Shown: one piece after another, positions 51,199-62,817 of the stretch
How the letters are laid out: the number at the start of each line of letters is the position of its first letter
How positions within the stretch are numbered: position 1 is the stretch's first letter
From: Nautiliaceae bacterium
GTDB taxonomy: Bacteria; Campylobacterota; Campylobacteria; Campylobacterales; Nautiliaceae
Length of the DNA: 64,000 nt
Reading direction: 5' to 3'
Assembly: GCA_039831155.1 (NCBI GenBank)
Contig: JBDONT010000043.1
Span: forward strand, 192,001 to 256,000
Translations under genes and position numbers: made by a program
The notes under the pieces: model-generated
What the model saw: only the letters and a program-made list of their open reading frames with translations
Told to the model about the DNA's origin: nothing
The model's database searches: none

Positions 51199-53425
51199 AG
51201 TTTCCTTTTTTTAATGCAATTTTATCAAAAGGTAGAGGTTTACAAAAATAATAACCCTGAAAATAATCAACCCCCACTTCTTTTAGTTTATTTAAAATCT
51301 CTTCATTTTCTACAAATTCCGCAATCGTTTTTATATTGAATTTTTTAGAAAAAGTGCAGATAAGTTTGATTATTTCAAAATATTCCTCTTTATCTATATT
51401 TTTAACAAGCGTCCCGTCAATTTTTACATAATCCGGTTCAAGTGCCAAAACGTTAATAAAGTTGGAATATCCACTTCCAAAATCGTCAATAGCTATTTCA
51501 GCCCCAAACTGTTTAACATCCTTTATAAATTTTTTAATTTCTTCAAAGTTTTGAATACTCTCACTCTCTAAAATCTCAAATGTAATTCTATCTCCTACAA
51601 AAAAACTTCTTAAAAGATTTAAAATAAGCGTTCTTGTCTCTTTATTGGCAATATCTATAAAAGATAGGTTAATCGAAACTTTGTCTATTTTTTGAGTAAC
51701 TAAGTGAGAAAAAACTTTTTTTATCATTATATTTGAAAATTCTTCATAAAGTCTTGCTTCTTTTATTAAATCCATAAACACAAAAGGAGAAAGAATCTCA
51801 CTTTTATATTTAAGCCTCATTAAAGATTCGTATTTGAGCAATTTACCGCTTTTATCAACAATACATTGATAATAAGGCTCTATATCTTCATTGTGAAGAA
51901 TGGTTTTTAATTTTTGAAGGAGTTTTACTTTATGAAGCTGTTCTTCTTTAAATTTTTTATCGTAAAGAAGATATTTTATATTTTTCTTTCTGGCGGTTTT
52001 TAAAGCGTTTTCGGCAGTAATATATAAATCTTTAATATTACTAGCCCCTATCGTAAACATAAGTTCAAACCCTTCACATTTAAGCTCAAGAGACGAAAAC
52101 TCTTTTAAAAACTCCTCTTTTATCTCCTCTTTAAAAGGAATTCCAAACTCATCATCCCCTATTTTATAAACCTTATCAAAATTCTCTTTTAATGTAGTCG
52201 CCACACAATTTAATATATAATTCCCGAATTTAAATCCGTAAAGATTATTAATATTCGCAAAATCGTCAATATCTATAATAATAAGACTTTTATATTCTTT
52301 CAAATCTTCCAAAAGTTTAAACTTATTAGGAAGTTTGGTAACTCTGTCAAAATAAACTTTTTCATATAAAAGAGCTTTTGATTTTTCATAATTATTTTTT
52401 AATTTTTCATAATCCTCAACTATTCTTTTCATTATTTTTTGGGATATCAAATAAGCCACAAAAAAACTAAAAGCTCCAAAAATAATCATTATAATAATAG
52501 TTCCGATAAATACCTTTTTGGCTTCTTTTTCTATTTGAGATTTTATAGAGTTAATATCTTTTGTAATATCAGAAAAATAGTACCCTTTCATAAAAGTTAA
52601 ATTATAAGGCCTATAAATTGTAAAATAACTAATTTTCTTTTCAACTTTACCAGTTAAAGGATTTTTATAAAAATATTCTAAAAAACAACTGTCTTTTACT
52701 TTTAAACAGTTAAAATATTTTTTTCTAAAATAATTTCCCTTTATGTCCGGTTTATTTAACAAAAGTGGTTTACCGATAATAGATTTTATAGGATGATAAA
52801 CAACTTTTCCGAAAACATCTCCTTTAGGGTTCCAATCGGTTACCATTCCTACAGCTATGTAAGAGCGAGGATTATTTACATTTTCTAAATATCTAAACAT
52901 ATTGCGTTTAATAAAATCATCAACTATGGAAAGCTTAAACGCTATACCTATAATAGTACCGTCTCTCAAACGTTTCTCTACCGCTAAGTATTTAACATTG
53001 TTTTTAATAACAATTAGATGTTTAATATGCCTGACTTTTATATAAGTTCTTTTTAATTTAGGATATATAATATTCTCAGACTCTATATAAAAAAACAAAT
53101 CTTTATTTTGATGGTTTTTAAAAAACTTCACAAATCCTTTCGAATAATATTTATAATTATGAAGAACAACATCCAACAAAGCTTGAAGATTTCTTTCAGT
53201 CAAAAGATAATTACTCAATCTTATCTCTTCTATAGCTTTTATTATAGAATCAAGTTCTATTTTTAAATAGTTTTTTTTATTTTGAATCACTATATCTTTG
53301 GCTTTTGTTAATTCTTTTTGGGTTATCTCGTTGATAAAAAAGAAATAATAAACACCAAACGACACAAACGTAAAAAAGAAAAATAAAAAAGGAATGATAA
53401 AAATTTGATTAATTAAACGCTTCAT
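51188..53425 (-). CDS. membrane Cache-GGDEF(degenerate)-EAL protein, probable c-di-GMP phosphodiesterase
   Basis: two TM segments, DIKG.YF Cache motif, IGDDEF, YESLMR, DDFGSGYS, KIDG, AEFVE, QGYY. Confidence 0.85.
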   Translation of the reverse strand: MKRLINQIFIIPFLFFFFTFVSFGVYYFFFINEITQKELTKAKDIVIQNKKNYLKIELDSIIKAIEEIRLSNYLLTERNLQALLDVVLHNYKYYSKGFVKFFKNHQNKDLFFYIESENIIYPKLKRTYIKVRHIKHLIVIKNNVKYLAVEKRLRDGTIIGIAFKLSIVDDFIKRNMFRYLENVNNPRSYIAVGMVTDWNPKGDVFGKVVYHPIKSIIGKPLLLNKPDIKGNYFRKKYFNCLKVKDSCFLEYFYKNPLTGKVEKKISYFTIYRPYNLTFMKGYYFSDITKDINSIKSQIEKEAKKVFIGTIIIMIIFGAFSFFVAYLISQKIMKRIVEDYEKLKNNYEKSKALLYEKVYFDRVTKLPNKFKLLEDLKEYKSLIIIDIDDFANINNLYGFKFGNYILNCVATTLKENFDKVYKIGDDEFGIPFKEEIKEEFLKEFSSLELKCEGFELMFTIGASNIKDLYITAENALKTARKKNIKYLLYDKKFKEEQLHKVKLLQKLKTILHNEDIEPYYQCIVDKSGKLLKYESLMRLKYKSEILSPFVFMDLIKEARLYEEFSNIMIKKVFSHLVTQKIDKVSINLSFIDIANKETRTLILNLLRSFFVGDRITFEILESESIQNFEEIKKFIKDVKQFGAEIAIDDFGSGYSNFINVLALEPDYVKIDGTLVKNIDKEEYFEIIKLICTFSKKFNIKTIAEFVENEEILNKLKEVGVDYFQGYYFCKPLPFDKIALKKGNYET

Positions 53426-54662
53426 TTAAATCCTTAATCAAATCTTCCACATCCTCAAGTCCTATACTAAGCCTAATAAGCCCCTCTGCCACTCCGGCTT
53501 CTATCAGTTCACTAGGACTCAACTGCTGATGAGTGGTACTTGCCGGATGGGTTACAAGAGACTTGCTATCTCCTATATTCGTTACCAAAGAGAAAATTTT
53601 AAGTTTACTTACAAACTCTTTAGCTTCTTCGTAACTTCCCAGTTCAAAACTGATAATTCCACCTGCATATTTTAAATATTTTTTTGCTTTTTCATAATTT
53701 TTATCCCCCTCTAATAACGGATAATTTACGTTTTTCACTTTAGGATGCGATTTTAAAAATCCGGCTATTTCAAGTGCAGAAGTCGAATGTTGCTTAATTC
53801 TTAAATGTAAATGTTCAAGCCCCTGCAATAAAAGCCAGGAGTTAAAAGGAGAAATAACGGCTCCGTAATCCCTTAAAAGGGCAAGTCTTGCCCTTGTTAT
53901 AAAAGGAGAATCAAATTTTTCATTATAAATAAGTCCGTGATAACTCTCATCCGGTTCATTAAATTGAGGATATCTGTTTGATTTTAGTTTCTCTTTTGCA
54001 AAAGGAGCCTCAATAATACACCCGGCAATGGCACTCCCGTTTCCCGCTATATACTTACTTGCACTATGAACCACTATATCGACTCCAAGCTTAATTGGTT
54101 TTACCCCGTAAGGAGTCGCTATTGTATTGTCACACGCAACAATAACCCCGTATTTATCGGCAATTTTTACAATTTCTTCAAAATCGGCTACATTAAGTGC
54201 CGGATTGGCGATACTCTCTATTAAAATAAGTTTTGTCTTTTCGTCTATTACATCTTCTAAAGTAAGAGGATTGTCTATATCAAAATATCTGCTTTTTATC
54301 CCAAACTGTTTAAGAGTTTGGGTTGATAAAGTAATACTGCCTCCGTAAAGCTTATTTGAAATAACTATATTATCGCCTTTTTCCACCAAATTGGAAATAG
54401 TATAAAAAATAGCGGCCATTCCACTAGCCGTAGCCAAAGCGTCAATTCCCCTCTCAAGGGCTGCTATTCTTTTTTCAAATACTCTTGTTGTAGGATTTCC
54501 TATACGCGTATAGATATTACCCTCTTCTTCTAAATCGAAAAGTCTGGCTGCGTGGTCGGTATCTTCATATTCATAAGCCGTAGTCATATAAATAGGTATT
54601 TGCATACTTTTTTGAGAGTCCTTTTCATATCCTGCATGGATAGCTAACGTAGCGTCTTTCAT
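53409..54662 (-). CDS. metY: O-acetylhomoserine sulfhydrylase
   Basis: YTRIGNPT, ASGMAA, HSASKY, NIGDSKSL, HPASTTH; ATG at 54662. Confidence 0.9.
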   Translation of the reverse strand: MKDATLAIHAGYEKDSQKSMQIPIYMTTAYEYEDTDHAARLFDLEEEGNIYTRIGNPTTRVFEKRIAALERGIDALATASGMAAIFYTISNLVEKGDNIVISNKLYGGSITLSTQTLKQFGIKSRYFDIDNPLTLEDVIDEKTKLILIESIANPALNVADFEEIVKIADKYGVIVACDNTIATPYGVKPIKLGVDIVVHSASKYIAGNGSAIAGCIIEAPFAKEKLKSNRYPQFNEPDESYHGLIYNEKFDSPFITRARLALLRDYGAVISPFNSWLLLQGLEHLHLRIKQHSTSALEIAGFLKSHPKVKNVNYPLLEGDKNYEKAKKYLKYAGGIISFELGSYEEAKEFVSKLKIFSLVTNIGDSKSLVTHPASTTHQQLSPSELIEAGVAEGLIRLSIGLEDVEDLIKDLNEAFN

Positions 54663-54676
54663 AAAAATAACCTTTA

Positions 54677-54704
54677 TGATAAAATTTCTTAAGTAATTAT
54701 ACCA
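54677..54704. promoter_or_regulatory. interleaved divergent -10 boxes for cmoA and metY
   Basis: TGATAAAAT plus (54677-54685); TGGTATAAT minus (54704-54696). Confidence 0.55.
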
Positions 54705-54714
54705 AAGGATAAAA

Positions 54715-55425
54715 GTGGAAGACAAAGTTTTTAATAAACCTATCAAAAAACAGTTCGAATTTGACGAAGAAGTGGCAAGTGTTTTTGACGATATGCTAAA
54801 TAGAAGCGTTCCTTTTTACAAAGAAAACCTAAACTTACAAATAGACATCCTAAAAAATTTCTTAAATCCAAACGACAAAGTAGTGGATTTGGGAAGTTCT
54901 ACCGGTACGTTTCTTATAGAATTAGCCAAAAAATTTACTTCCGAACTTAAACTAATAGGTATAGACAATTCCCCTGCTATGATTAAACGAGCCAAAAACA
55001 AAGCCAAAGCCTTTGGAGTAAATATAAAATTTATAGAGGATGACTTTTTAAATTACGATTTCTCAAACTCAAAAGCCGTTATAGCAAACTACACCATTCA
55101 GTTTATAAGACCTTTAAAAAGAGAGAAGCTAATTAAAAAGATATTCAATTCCTTAACAAGCGACGGGATATTTTTGATGAGTGAAAAATTAATAACAGAA
55201 AATAAAAAGCTAAATAAAATTATGATAGATATCTACTATGAATACAAAAAGAAAATGGGGTATAGCGAATTTGAAATAGCTCAAAAAAGAGAAGCCTTAG
55301 AAAACGTCTTAATTCCTTATACTATGAACGAAAACATAGAAATGCTAAAAAACGCCGGTTTTATGGAAATAGAAGTAATTTTTAGATGGAACAATTTTGC
55401 AACGTTTATAGCTTTTAAGAATTAA
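54715..55425 (+). CDS. cmoA: carboxy-S-adenosyl-L-methionine synthase
   Basis: [34 protein letters not shown]. Confidence 0.93.
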   Translation: MEDKVFNKPIKKQFEFDEEVASVFDDMLNRSVPFYKENLNLQIDILKNFLNPNDKVVDLGSSTGTFLIELAKKFTSELKLIGIDNSPAMIKRAKNKAKAFGVNIKFIEDDFLNYDFSNSKAVIANYTIQFIRPLKREKLIKKIFNSLTSDGIFLMSEKLITENKKLNKIMIDIYYEYKKKMGYSEFEIAQKREALENVLIPYTMNENIEMLKNAGFMEIEVIFRWNNFATFIAFKN

Positions 55426-57610
55426 AGTTAATACTTATACTTCCAAGCACTTCAAATTTAGCGTTCGGATCTATTTCGGCGTGAGACAATACCACAACAT
55501 CCACTCCGAATCTCTCAAGTATTTCGGCAAGCGGTTTTCTTATAAGAGGGTCTACTATCAATACAACCGGAGCAATTCCTTTATTTACAATTTCGGCAGC
55601 CGCGTTACTAATCTCCTCTACAAGTTTATTCATTTCGGCAACCGTTAAAAGAAACTGCTTTTGTTCTCCTTGTTTTTGGAGTTTATTCATAAGATACTGC
55701 TCCGTCGCAGAGTCAAACGTAATTAATTTAAGAGTTCCGTCTTCACTCTCATAAAGTTTCGTAATAACACGGCTTAAAGCACTTCTTACGTGTTCTACAA
55801 TCACATCAATATTTTTGGTATATTCGGCCACATCCGCAACGGTCTCAAGAATGGTTATCATATCTTTAATAGGTATTTTTTCGTGAAGAAGAGACTTAAG
55901 CACTCTTTGAATAAGCCCGATACTTGCAACTTTAAGAGCATCTTCCACAATAGCCGGAAAGTCTTTTTTAACTCTATCAAGCAGAGCTTGAACATCTTGA
56001 CGGGTAAGAAGTTCTTCTGCGTATTTTTTAATTATTTCGCTAATATGCGTAACTATTACGGTAGAAGCGTCAACAACAGTATATCCGTTCATCAAAGCCT
56101 CTTCTTTCTTATCTTCGTCAATCCATATAGCGTCTATTCCAAAAGCCGGTTCTTTTACCTTTATCCCTTCAATCTCCTCTATCACCATAGGCGTTGACAT
56201 AGCAAGATATTTATCCGGATAAATCTCCCCTCTTGCAACCTCAACACCTTTTAATAAAATCTGATACTCATTAGGATTTAAATGCAAATTATCCTTAATT
56301 CTGATTTGAGGTACTAAAAACCCAAAGTCTTGAGCTATTTTCTTTCTCATAGTTTTTATCCTATCAAGCAAATCCCCTCCCTGATTAGGGTCGGCTATTT
56401 TAATTAACTGATACCCTATATTAAGTTCTAAAAGCTCAACCTTTAATATATCCTCAAGAACTTTTTCTTCTTCTTTTGCAAGTTCTTCCGGAGATTTTTT
56501 CGGTTTTTGAGCCTCTTTTTTAACACCGTCAGATTTTTTGGCTTGAGTCGAATCTTTTTTAGGAGAAGTGGAAGGTGTTTTTTTTCTAAATTTAGACAGC
56601 AATTCTCCTATAGGGTCAACACCTTTCTCACTCTCCATCATTAAATATCCAGTTACCAAAAACACAAACCCCACAAAAAGCATACTTCCCGTAGGAAACC
56701 CCGGAATAAACGCCATAAAAATCAATATAGTCCCCACTATCAAAACAACTTTATAATCTCTTATTAACTGCTTGATAACACCTTCTGCAAAGTTTGTTTC
56801 GTCTTTTGTGGCTCTTGTGATAATAATACCCGTTGCCGTAGATATCATAAGAGCTGGAATCTGCCCTACAAGTCCGTCTCCTACGGTCAATATCGTATAC
56901 GTAGAAGCCGCCTGGGATAAGCTAAGATCGTGTTGAAAAACACCTATCAAAAACCCGGCTATTATATTTACAAGCGTAATAATAATCCCGGCAACCGCGT
57001 CACCTTTTACAAACTTACTAGCCCCATCCATAGCCCCGTAGAAGTTCGCTTCTTTTATAAGCTCGGCCCTTCTTCTTTTGGCTTCCTCTTCATCAATAAG
57101 CCCGGCATTTAAATCGGCGTCAATAGCCATCTGTTTCCCGGGCATTGCATCAAGCGTAAATCTTGCGGCAACTTCTGCAACCCTTGTAGAACCTTGAGTA
57201 ATCACCATAAAGTTAATAACAACCAAAATAATAAAAACAATTATTCCTATTACGTAGTTTCCTCCAATTACGAAATTCCCAAAAGCCGTAATAATTTCAC
57301 TGACAGACTGTGGACCTTCGTTACCTTTGCTTAGAATCATTCTGGTTGTGGCTACGTTTAAAGAGAGTCTATATAAAGTAACAATCAAAATAATAGTAGG
57401 AAAAGTGGTAAAATCGGTAGGCTTTGGAATATATAAACTTAAAAGCAAAATCAAAACCCCAACCGATAAAGAAATGGTAAGAAAAAAATCGAGTATTCCA
57501 CTTGGAAGAGGAACGATAATAATTAAAAGTATCGCAAAAACAAAGGCGACAACACCTAAATCAGTAATCTCACTAAAAAACCTTAGTGACTTTTTAACCT
57601 TATTTACCAG
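55415..57610 (-). CDS. flhA: flagellar export gate protein FlhA (start extended to probable CTG)
   Basis: [33 protein letters not shown]; frame stays open upstream of 57454 through [12 protein letters not shown] to CTG at 57610. Confidence 0.93.
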   Translation of the reverse strand: MVNKVKKSLRFFSEITDLGVVAFVFAILLIIIVPLPSGILDFFLTISLSVGVLILLLSLYIPKPTDFTTFPTIILIVTLYRLSLNVATTRMILSKGNEGPQSVSEIITAFGNFVIGGNYVIGIIVFIILVVINFMVITQGSTRVAEVAARFTLDAMPGKQMAIDADLNAGLIDEEEAKRRRAELIKEANFYGAMDGASKFVKGDAVAGIIITLVNIIAGFLIGVFQHDLSLSQAASTYTILTVGDGLVGQIPALMISTATGIIITRATKDETNFAEGVIKQLIRDYKVVLIVGTILIFMAFIPGFPTGSMLFVGFVFLVTGYLMMESEKGVDPIGELLSKFRKKTPSTSPKKDSTQAKKSDGVKKEAQKPKKSPEELAKEEEKVLEDILKVELLELNIGYQLIKIADPNQGGDLLDRIKTMRKKIAQDFGFLVPQIRIKDNLHLNPNEYQILLKGVEVARGEIYPDKYLAMSTPMVIEEIEGIKVKEPAFGIDAIWIDEDKKEEALMNGYTVVDASTVIVTHISEIIKKYAEELLTRQDVQALLDRVKKDFPAIVEDALKVASIGLIQRVLKSLLHEKIPIKDMITILETVADVAEYTKNIDVIVEHVRSALSRVITKLYESEDGTLKLITFDSATEQYLMNKLQKQGEQKQFLLTVAEMNKLVEEISNAAAEIVNKGIAPVVLIVDPLIRKPLAEILERFGVDVVVLSHAEIDPNAKFEVLGSISINFNS

Positions 57611-58016
57611 ATTTCATCCTTATTACGTCTTCTAAAGTATAATTTTTAATAATATCCAAAAACTTCTCTTCCAAAAATGAAAAAAAAGGTCTTATAGAAC
57701 ATACACTAGACCTACCTCTTACGCAATCTTCTGCATCGTTTGAGCAATAAAATACCAAAGAGTTTTTATCCTCCATAACTTTAAAAATTTCTAAAATTTT
57801 AATCTCTTTTGGAGGTTTTGACAATATAAAACCTCCGTGAATTCCTTTATAAGATTTTACAAAACCCTTTTTTGAGAGAGTCTGCAAAAGCTTAGCCAAA
57901 AAAGGTCTTGGCAAATCGGTAATTTCCGCCAAATGACTAACATCCACCGGTTTATCGAATTTAGACAGTTCAACTAAAGCGTGTAGAGTATAAACCGTCG
58001 ATTTGGTAAATAACAA
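57600..58016 (-). CDS. Rrf2-family transcriptional regulator
   Basis: FLAKLLQTL...G.VKS.KG..GGF.L, three Cys. Confidence 0.9.
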   Translation of the reverse strand: MLFTKSTVYTLHALVELSKFDKPVDVSHLAEITDLPRPFLAKLLQTLSKKGFVKSYKGIHGGFILSKPPKEIKILEIFKVMEDKNSLVFYCSNDAEDCVRGRSSVCSIRPFFSFLEEKFLDIIKNYTLEDVIRMKSGK

Positions 58017-58047
58017 TTTATATCCTTTTTATCAAATTATACCTAAA

Positions 58048-59897
58048 TTATCCTTTTTTATTAAATCTGATATAAGAAACAACACCGTTTTGGGTGTTTT
58101 TTATATCAAGTGAGGCATTAAAATATTTCTCAATAATGATTTTTGACATATAAAGACCTATACCCGTACCTTCTCCTTCATCTTTTGTCGTAAAGTAAGG
58201 CTCAAAAACTTTATCCAAAATCTCCTCTTTTATACCACCCCCGTTATCTTCAACGGCTATCTCTTTTGAATCGGAATCGATATAAATTTTTATTTTTCCT
58301 TCTTCTTTTCTTTCGATTATGGCATCTTTAGAGTTACTCAAAAGATTAAGTATCACTTGTTGAAATTGATTTTTGTTTCCATAAACTTCAAAATCATCCC
58401 CTATTATCTCTATTTCTATGTTATGGGCTTTAAATTGAGCGTTAATTAATCTTAATGTAAACTCAATAGCTTCCCTTACACTAAAAAGCTTTTTTTACTG
58501 TTATCTTTAAAAAAGTTTCTAAAATCATCTATCGTATTACTCATAAAAAATATAGTCTGCATATTTTTTGCAACAAACGAATCAATAACCTCCTCTTTAC
58601 AGCCGTTTTCTTCTATTAATTCCGGTAAAGACTGAATATTAATAGCCAAAGAGTTCAAAGGCTGTCTCCATTGATGAGCAATTGCCCCTATCATCTCCCC
58701 CATTGCGGCAAGCTTTGCCTGGTTTGCAAGAATTTTATCTTTTTGGGTAATCTCTTCTACCGTTTTTTTAACTTTTAGTTCAAGAGAATCGTTTATTTTT
58801 TTTATCTCTTCATTATATTTGCTAAGCATTCTGTTTCTAATAGCAAGTAAAATCAAAACCATAACAACAAAAACCACAACCACCAAAAACATAACAATCC
58901 ACTTTTTATAAACTTCAAAAAAAGAAGTCGGTTTATTTATATATATAGCGTTTTTATAACCAAGTTCATAAGCGTTTATTCCGAATTTTTGAAGATTTTT
59001 TACGTTTAAATACATTTTATTCGCTTTTTCGAACGTAAAAGGAATATCTTTTATATCTTTTCCGTTTAAAAATTCCTTTACTTTTTTAGCAACCTCCACA
59101 CCTTGAGAAAAGCCGTCAGTCACTTTTCCACCCATAATATTGGTATTTAGAATATCTACTAACATATCGCAGTGGACTATCATAGGATTATTGTACTCTT
59201 TGGATAAAAGCTGGGCTACTTTTATATAACTTATATGTTTATCTTTATATCTAAAGCTAAAAGGGGTCAAAAAAAACATTACCGAATTTTTATCGCTTTT
59301 TCTTAAAGCACTTAAAATATCGGATAAATTTGAATCGTTCAAATAAACAAAATTTATGTTTTTTACGTGGGAAAGTGATTTTTTATATAAATTTAAAACC
59401 CCTTTTGCAGAGGTGGAATTATCCAGCACCAAATAAACCATTTTTAAATTTCTTTTAATCTTTTTTGCAAAACGAAGGTTTGCTAAAGGTTCTTTTTTTT
59501 CAAAAACACCGGTATATTCGTTTTTATCCAAAACATCGGCCAAAGAAAGATTATTCACACCACAAAAAAAGACTTTTGCATTTTTAAAAAGAGGAGTGCT
59601 TTTATAACGTCTTATAAAATTTAAGGCATTATCATCGGTTGTAATAATAATATCTATTTTCATATTGCCGTATTTTGAATACAGATAATCAACAAAAGCA
59701 CTTATTCTAGCCGGAGTTGGTCTAAAAACTTTCGTATTCATAAATTCAACGTAAATTTTATTGCTGTTTTTTAAAGTTTTTAAAATTCCCTCCAATTCTT
59801 TTTTAGTCCAGCCCATTGTTATTGAATATGAGTTGATAATCAATATATTTTTTGCAAAAGCACTTACAAACAAAAGTATAAAAGCTATATATCTCAT
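58048..59897 (-). pseudogene. sensor histidine kinase split by a frameshift
   Basis: periplasmic domain, TM and H-box AHQWRQPL in 58476-59897; N/G boxes (NSKDA, DNGGG, GTGIGL) in another frame; adding one A to the A7 run at 58490-58496 rejoins them. Confidence 0.85.
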
Positions 59898-60012
59898 AGC
59901 ATTCCTTCAAAGCTTTTGATTATTTTACAATAATTTGCTTTTTTTTCCAAAACCGTGTATACTTTCAGTTCAATTCAAAGAAATTTGAAAATTTACCAAT
60001 CAGGAGGCTAAG

Positions 60013-60288
60013 ATGGCTTTAGATTCGGCGAAAAAAAGAGAAATTATCGCTAAATTCGGGAATGACGAAAAAGATACTGGAAGTCCAGCTGTGCAAATCG
60101 CACTTTTAACTGAAAGAATCAACGAAATCAACGAACATCTTAAAACACACAAACACGACCATTCAAGCAGACTAGGTTTACTTAAATTAGTTGGACAAAG
60201 AAAAAGACTTATGAGATATTTAAAAAGAAAAGACCACGATAAATATCTTGAAGTTATCGCAGCTCTTAACTTAAGAGATAGAGTTTAA
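60013..60288 (+). CDS. rpsO: 30S ribosomal protein S15
   Basis: [20 protein letters not shown]. Confidence 0.97.
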   Translation: MALDSAKKREIIAKFGNDEKDTGSPAVQIALLTERINEINEHLKTHKHDHSSRLGLLKLVGQRKRLMRYLKRKDHDKYLEVIAALNLRDRV

Positions 60289-60297
60289 TCTCTTCTC

Positions 60298-60720
60298 TTA
60301 TTTATTTAAAGCATCTTTTTCCAGCTCATCCAAAATCTTTGTAAATTCTATATTTTTAGGCAGAATACTTCCGTGAAAATAATCAAAAAGTTTTTTATTT
60401 CTGTTTTTATGGGTAAGTACCTTTTTAAAAAACTCCAAAGAAACCTTTTGATTACTTTTAACATCAAACTTTTGATTATAAAGCATTAAAGCACTAAGCA
60501 AATCGTTTGCGTTTGATTTAGGATTGGAAGCTATATCTAATAAATCCTGCAACGTTATCTCTTTTTTGGTCTCTTTTTTGGAAGACGAAAACTTTCTTTT
60601 AAGCCAAAAAATCAACATCACACAAAAAAGAGTAAACACAAAAAGATAAATCAAAAAAGCAAAAGGAGTATTTGGAGTAATATCCAAAATCCTTTCGCTT
60701 ATAAAAGAGAAAAACTTCAA
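60298..60720 (-). CDS. hypothetical membrane-anchored protein
   Basis: one TM segment; abuts the hisD stop. Confidence 0.6.
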   Translation of the reverse strand: MKFFSFISERILDITPNTPFAFLIYLFVFTLFCVMLIFWLKRKFSSSKKETKKEITLQDLLDIASNPKSNANDLLSALMLYNQKFDVKSNQKVSLEFFKKVLTHKNRNKKLFDYFHGSILPKNIEFTKILDELEKDALNK

Positions 60721-62010
60721 TTACTTAAGTCTCTCAAGAACCGATTTTTCGTGAGCCGTAAGCCCTTCCGTATGGGCTAAAATCGCACACTCTTTACCCA
60801 TTTGTAAAATAGCTTCTTTTGAAAACGAAATAATAGAAGATTTTTTCATAAAAACCTCAACACTAAGAGGGGAATAAAATTTAGCCGTACCACCCGTTGG
60901 GAGCGTATGATTCGGTCCTGCTATATAATCCCCTATAGGTTCCGGGGTATTTTCTCCAAGGAAAATAGCCCCTGCGTTTTTTATTTTCGGTAAAAGCTCA
61001 AAAGGATTTGAAGTTACTATCTCCAAATGCTCCGGTGCTATCTGATTCATAAGATTAACAGCCTCTTGAATATCCTTTGATACGATAATAGCACCTCTAT
61101 CTTCTATAGATTTTTGAGCTATCTCTTTTCTCTCAAGCTCGTTTAAAAATCTATAAACCTCATCTTTTACCCTGCTAGCCAAATCCTCGTCATCGGTAAT
61201 TAAAATGGAACTCGCCATCTCATCGTGTTCGGCTTGAGAGAGTAAATCGATTGCAAGATAGTTGGCTTTCGCACTTTTATCGGCAATAATACCGATTTCA
61301 CTAGGACCTGCTATCATATCTATATTTACTTCTCCGTATACAAGTTTTTTGGCAGTTGCCACGAATATATTCCCAGGACCCGTAATTACGCCGACTTTAG
61401 GTATTGTTTGAGTCCCATACGCCATAGCGGCAACAGCACTGGCTCCCCCTACTTTAAAAGTCCTAGGACATCCACAAATATATAAAGCCCCCAGTAAAAG
61501 CTCATTAGGTCTGTTTTCAATAACCGGAGTGGTTACTACAATATCTTTAACCCCTGCCACAATAGCCGGAATTACGTTCATTAAAAGAGAACTCGGATAA
61601 AACGCCTTACCTCCCGGTACATACACCCCGGCTTTTTCAACCGATGTTACTTTCTGTCCTAAAATAGTTCCGTTTTCTTCAAAGTCAAGCCAAGATTTAG
61701 GAAGCTGCTTTTCGTGATACGCTTTTATTCTATCAAACGCCAAATGAAGTGCTTTTTTTAACTCTTCGTCTAAATTTTCATAAGCTTTTTTCATTTCATC
61801 TTTGGAGATTTCCAAATCCTCATCCGTTTTCGGCTCCCACTTGTCAAATTTGGCTATATGTCTAAAAAGTGCTTTATTTCCTTCACTTCTTACTTCATTA
61901 ATAATACCTTTCACAATCCCCTCAACATTTTCAATATCCATTTTACCACGGGCTAAAATTTCGTTAAACTCTTTTTCAAATTTAAAAGAAGTGGTTTTGA
62001 TTATTTTCAT
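60721..62010 (-). CDS. hisD: histidinol dehydrogenase
   Basis: [32 protein letters not shown]. Confidence 0.96.
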   Translation of the reverse strand: MKIIKTTSFKFEKEFNEILARGKMDIENVEGIVKGIINEVRSEGNKALFRHIAKFDKWEPKTDEDLEISKDEMKKAYENLDEELKKALHLAFDRIKAYHEKQLPKSWLDFEENGTILGQKVTSVEKAGVYVPGGKAFYPSSLLMNVIPAIVAGVKDIVVTTPVIENRPNELLLGALYICGCPRTFKVGGASAVAAMAYGTQTIPKVGVITGPGNIFVATAKKLVYGEVNIDMIAGPSEIGIIADKSAKANYLAIDLLSQAEHDEMASSILITDDEDLASRVKDEVYRFLNELERKEIAQKSIEDRGAIIVSKDIQEAVNLMNQIAPEHLEIVTSNPFELLPKIKNAGAIFLGENTPEPIGDYIAGPNHTLPTGGTAKFYSPLSVEVFMKKSSIISFSKEAILQMGKECAILAHTEGLTAHEKSVLERLK

Positions 62011-62081
62011 AACTTCCCTTTTTTTAAGAAATTGTATCAAAATTAACCCATAAATGTTAAAATTCCGAAAAAAGGAGAGTA

Positions 62082-62801
62082 ATGCAGTTTAATTTAATAA
62101 CCTTTAGTTTTATTTTAGTTTTAATTCCGTTAATTATTTCATACAAACACAAAATAGGAATAGAAAAAGAGCTTTTTTTTAATTCGATAAGGGCGTTTTT
62201 ACAATTAACCGTTTTAGGGTTTGTACTGGGGTTTGTTTTTAAAATAAAAAACCCTCTTTTTTATATTCCCATAATTTTTCTAATGCTTCTCTACTCTTCG
62301 TATATAGCCCAAAAAAGAACTAATTTTTATTTTAAAGCAGCTTTTTACTCTTTAAGTTTAAGTACTACGATTATTCTTTTAATTTTAATAGTTTTTAAAA
62401 TTATTTCTCTAAAACCTCATGAATTTATACCTATTGCAGGAATGATTATAGGAAATTCGCTAAATACCTACACCCTTACGATTGAGAGAATAAAAAGAGA
62501 ACTCGAACTTCAAAAAGAACTGATAGAAGCCTTTATAGCAATAGGTGCCAATATAAAAGAAGCGTTTAAAATTATGCAACGTCAAGCTATAAAAGCCGCT
62601 TTAATTCCCGTTAACAATATGCTCCAGACAATAGGTGTAGTGGCGATCCCGGGAATTACTACGGGTATGCTTTTAGCCGGTGCCTCTCCTTTAAAAGCAG
62701 TAAGTTATCAGATAGTTATTATTTATATGCTGGTAAGTATTAATCTATTTAGTGCGTTATTTGGGAGTTTCTTTTTTATAAAAAACAAATATTCAGATTA
62801 A
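62082..62801 (+). CDS. FetB/YbbM (UPF0014) permease
   Basis: RAFLQL, IPIAGMIIGNS, IPGITTGMLLAG..P. Confidence 0.85.
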   Translation: MQFNLITFSFILVLIPLIISYKHKIGIEKELFFNSIRAFLQLTVLGFVLGFVFKIKNPLFYIPIIFLMLLYSSYIAQKRTNFYFKAAFYSLSLSTTIILLILIVFKIISLKPHEFIPIAGMIIGNSLNTYTLTIERIKRELELQKELIEAFIAIGANIKEAFKIMQRQAIKAALIPVNNMLQTIGVVAIPGITTGMLLAGASPLKAVSYQIVIIYMLVSINLFSALFGSFFFIKNKYSD

Positions 62802-62817
62802 GGAGAAAGTCTCCTTA
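62799..62817. terminator. hairpin formed between two convergent stop codons
   Basis: TAAGGAGA-AAG-TCTCCTTA. Confidence 0.55.

Noticed and set aside
53409-54746. Longest-ORF starts for metY (also pheS, hisD, adk and the lipoprotein)
   Set aside because: The extensions run through promoters or neighbouring genes; downstream starts with SD sequences fit better.
58488-58497. Programmed -1 frameshift at A_AAA_AAG
   Set aside because: The heptamer is not in the required phase; zero-frame codons are AAA AAA AGC.
62082-62801. FetB-type permease without an adjacent ATPase as a novel system
   Set aside because: The partner may be encoded elsewhere; nothing else in the window supports novelty.
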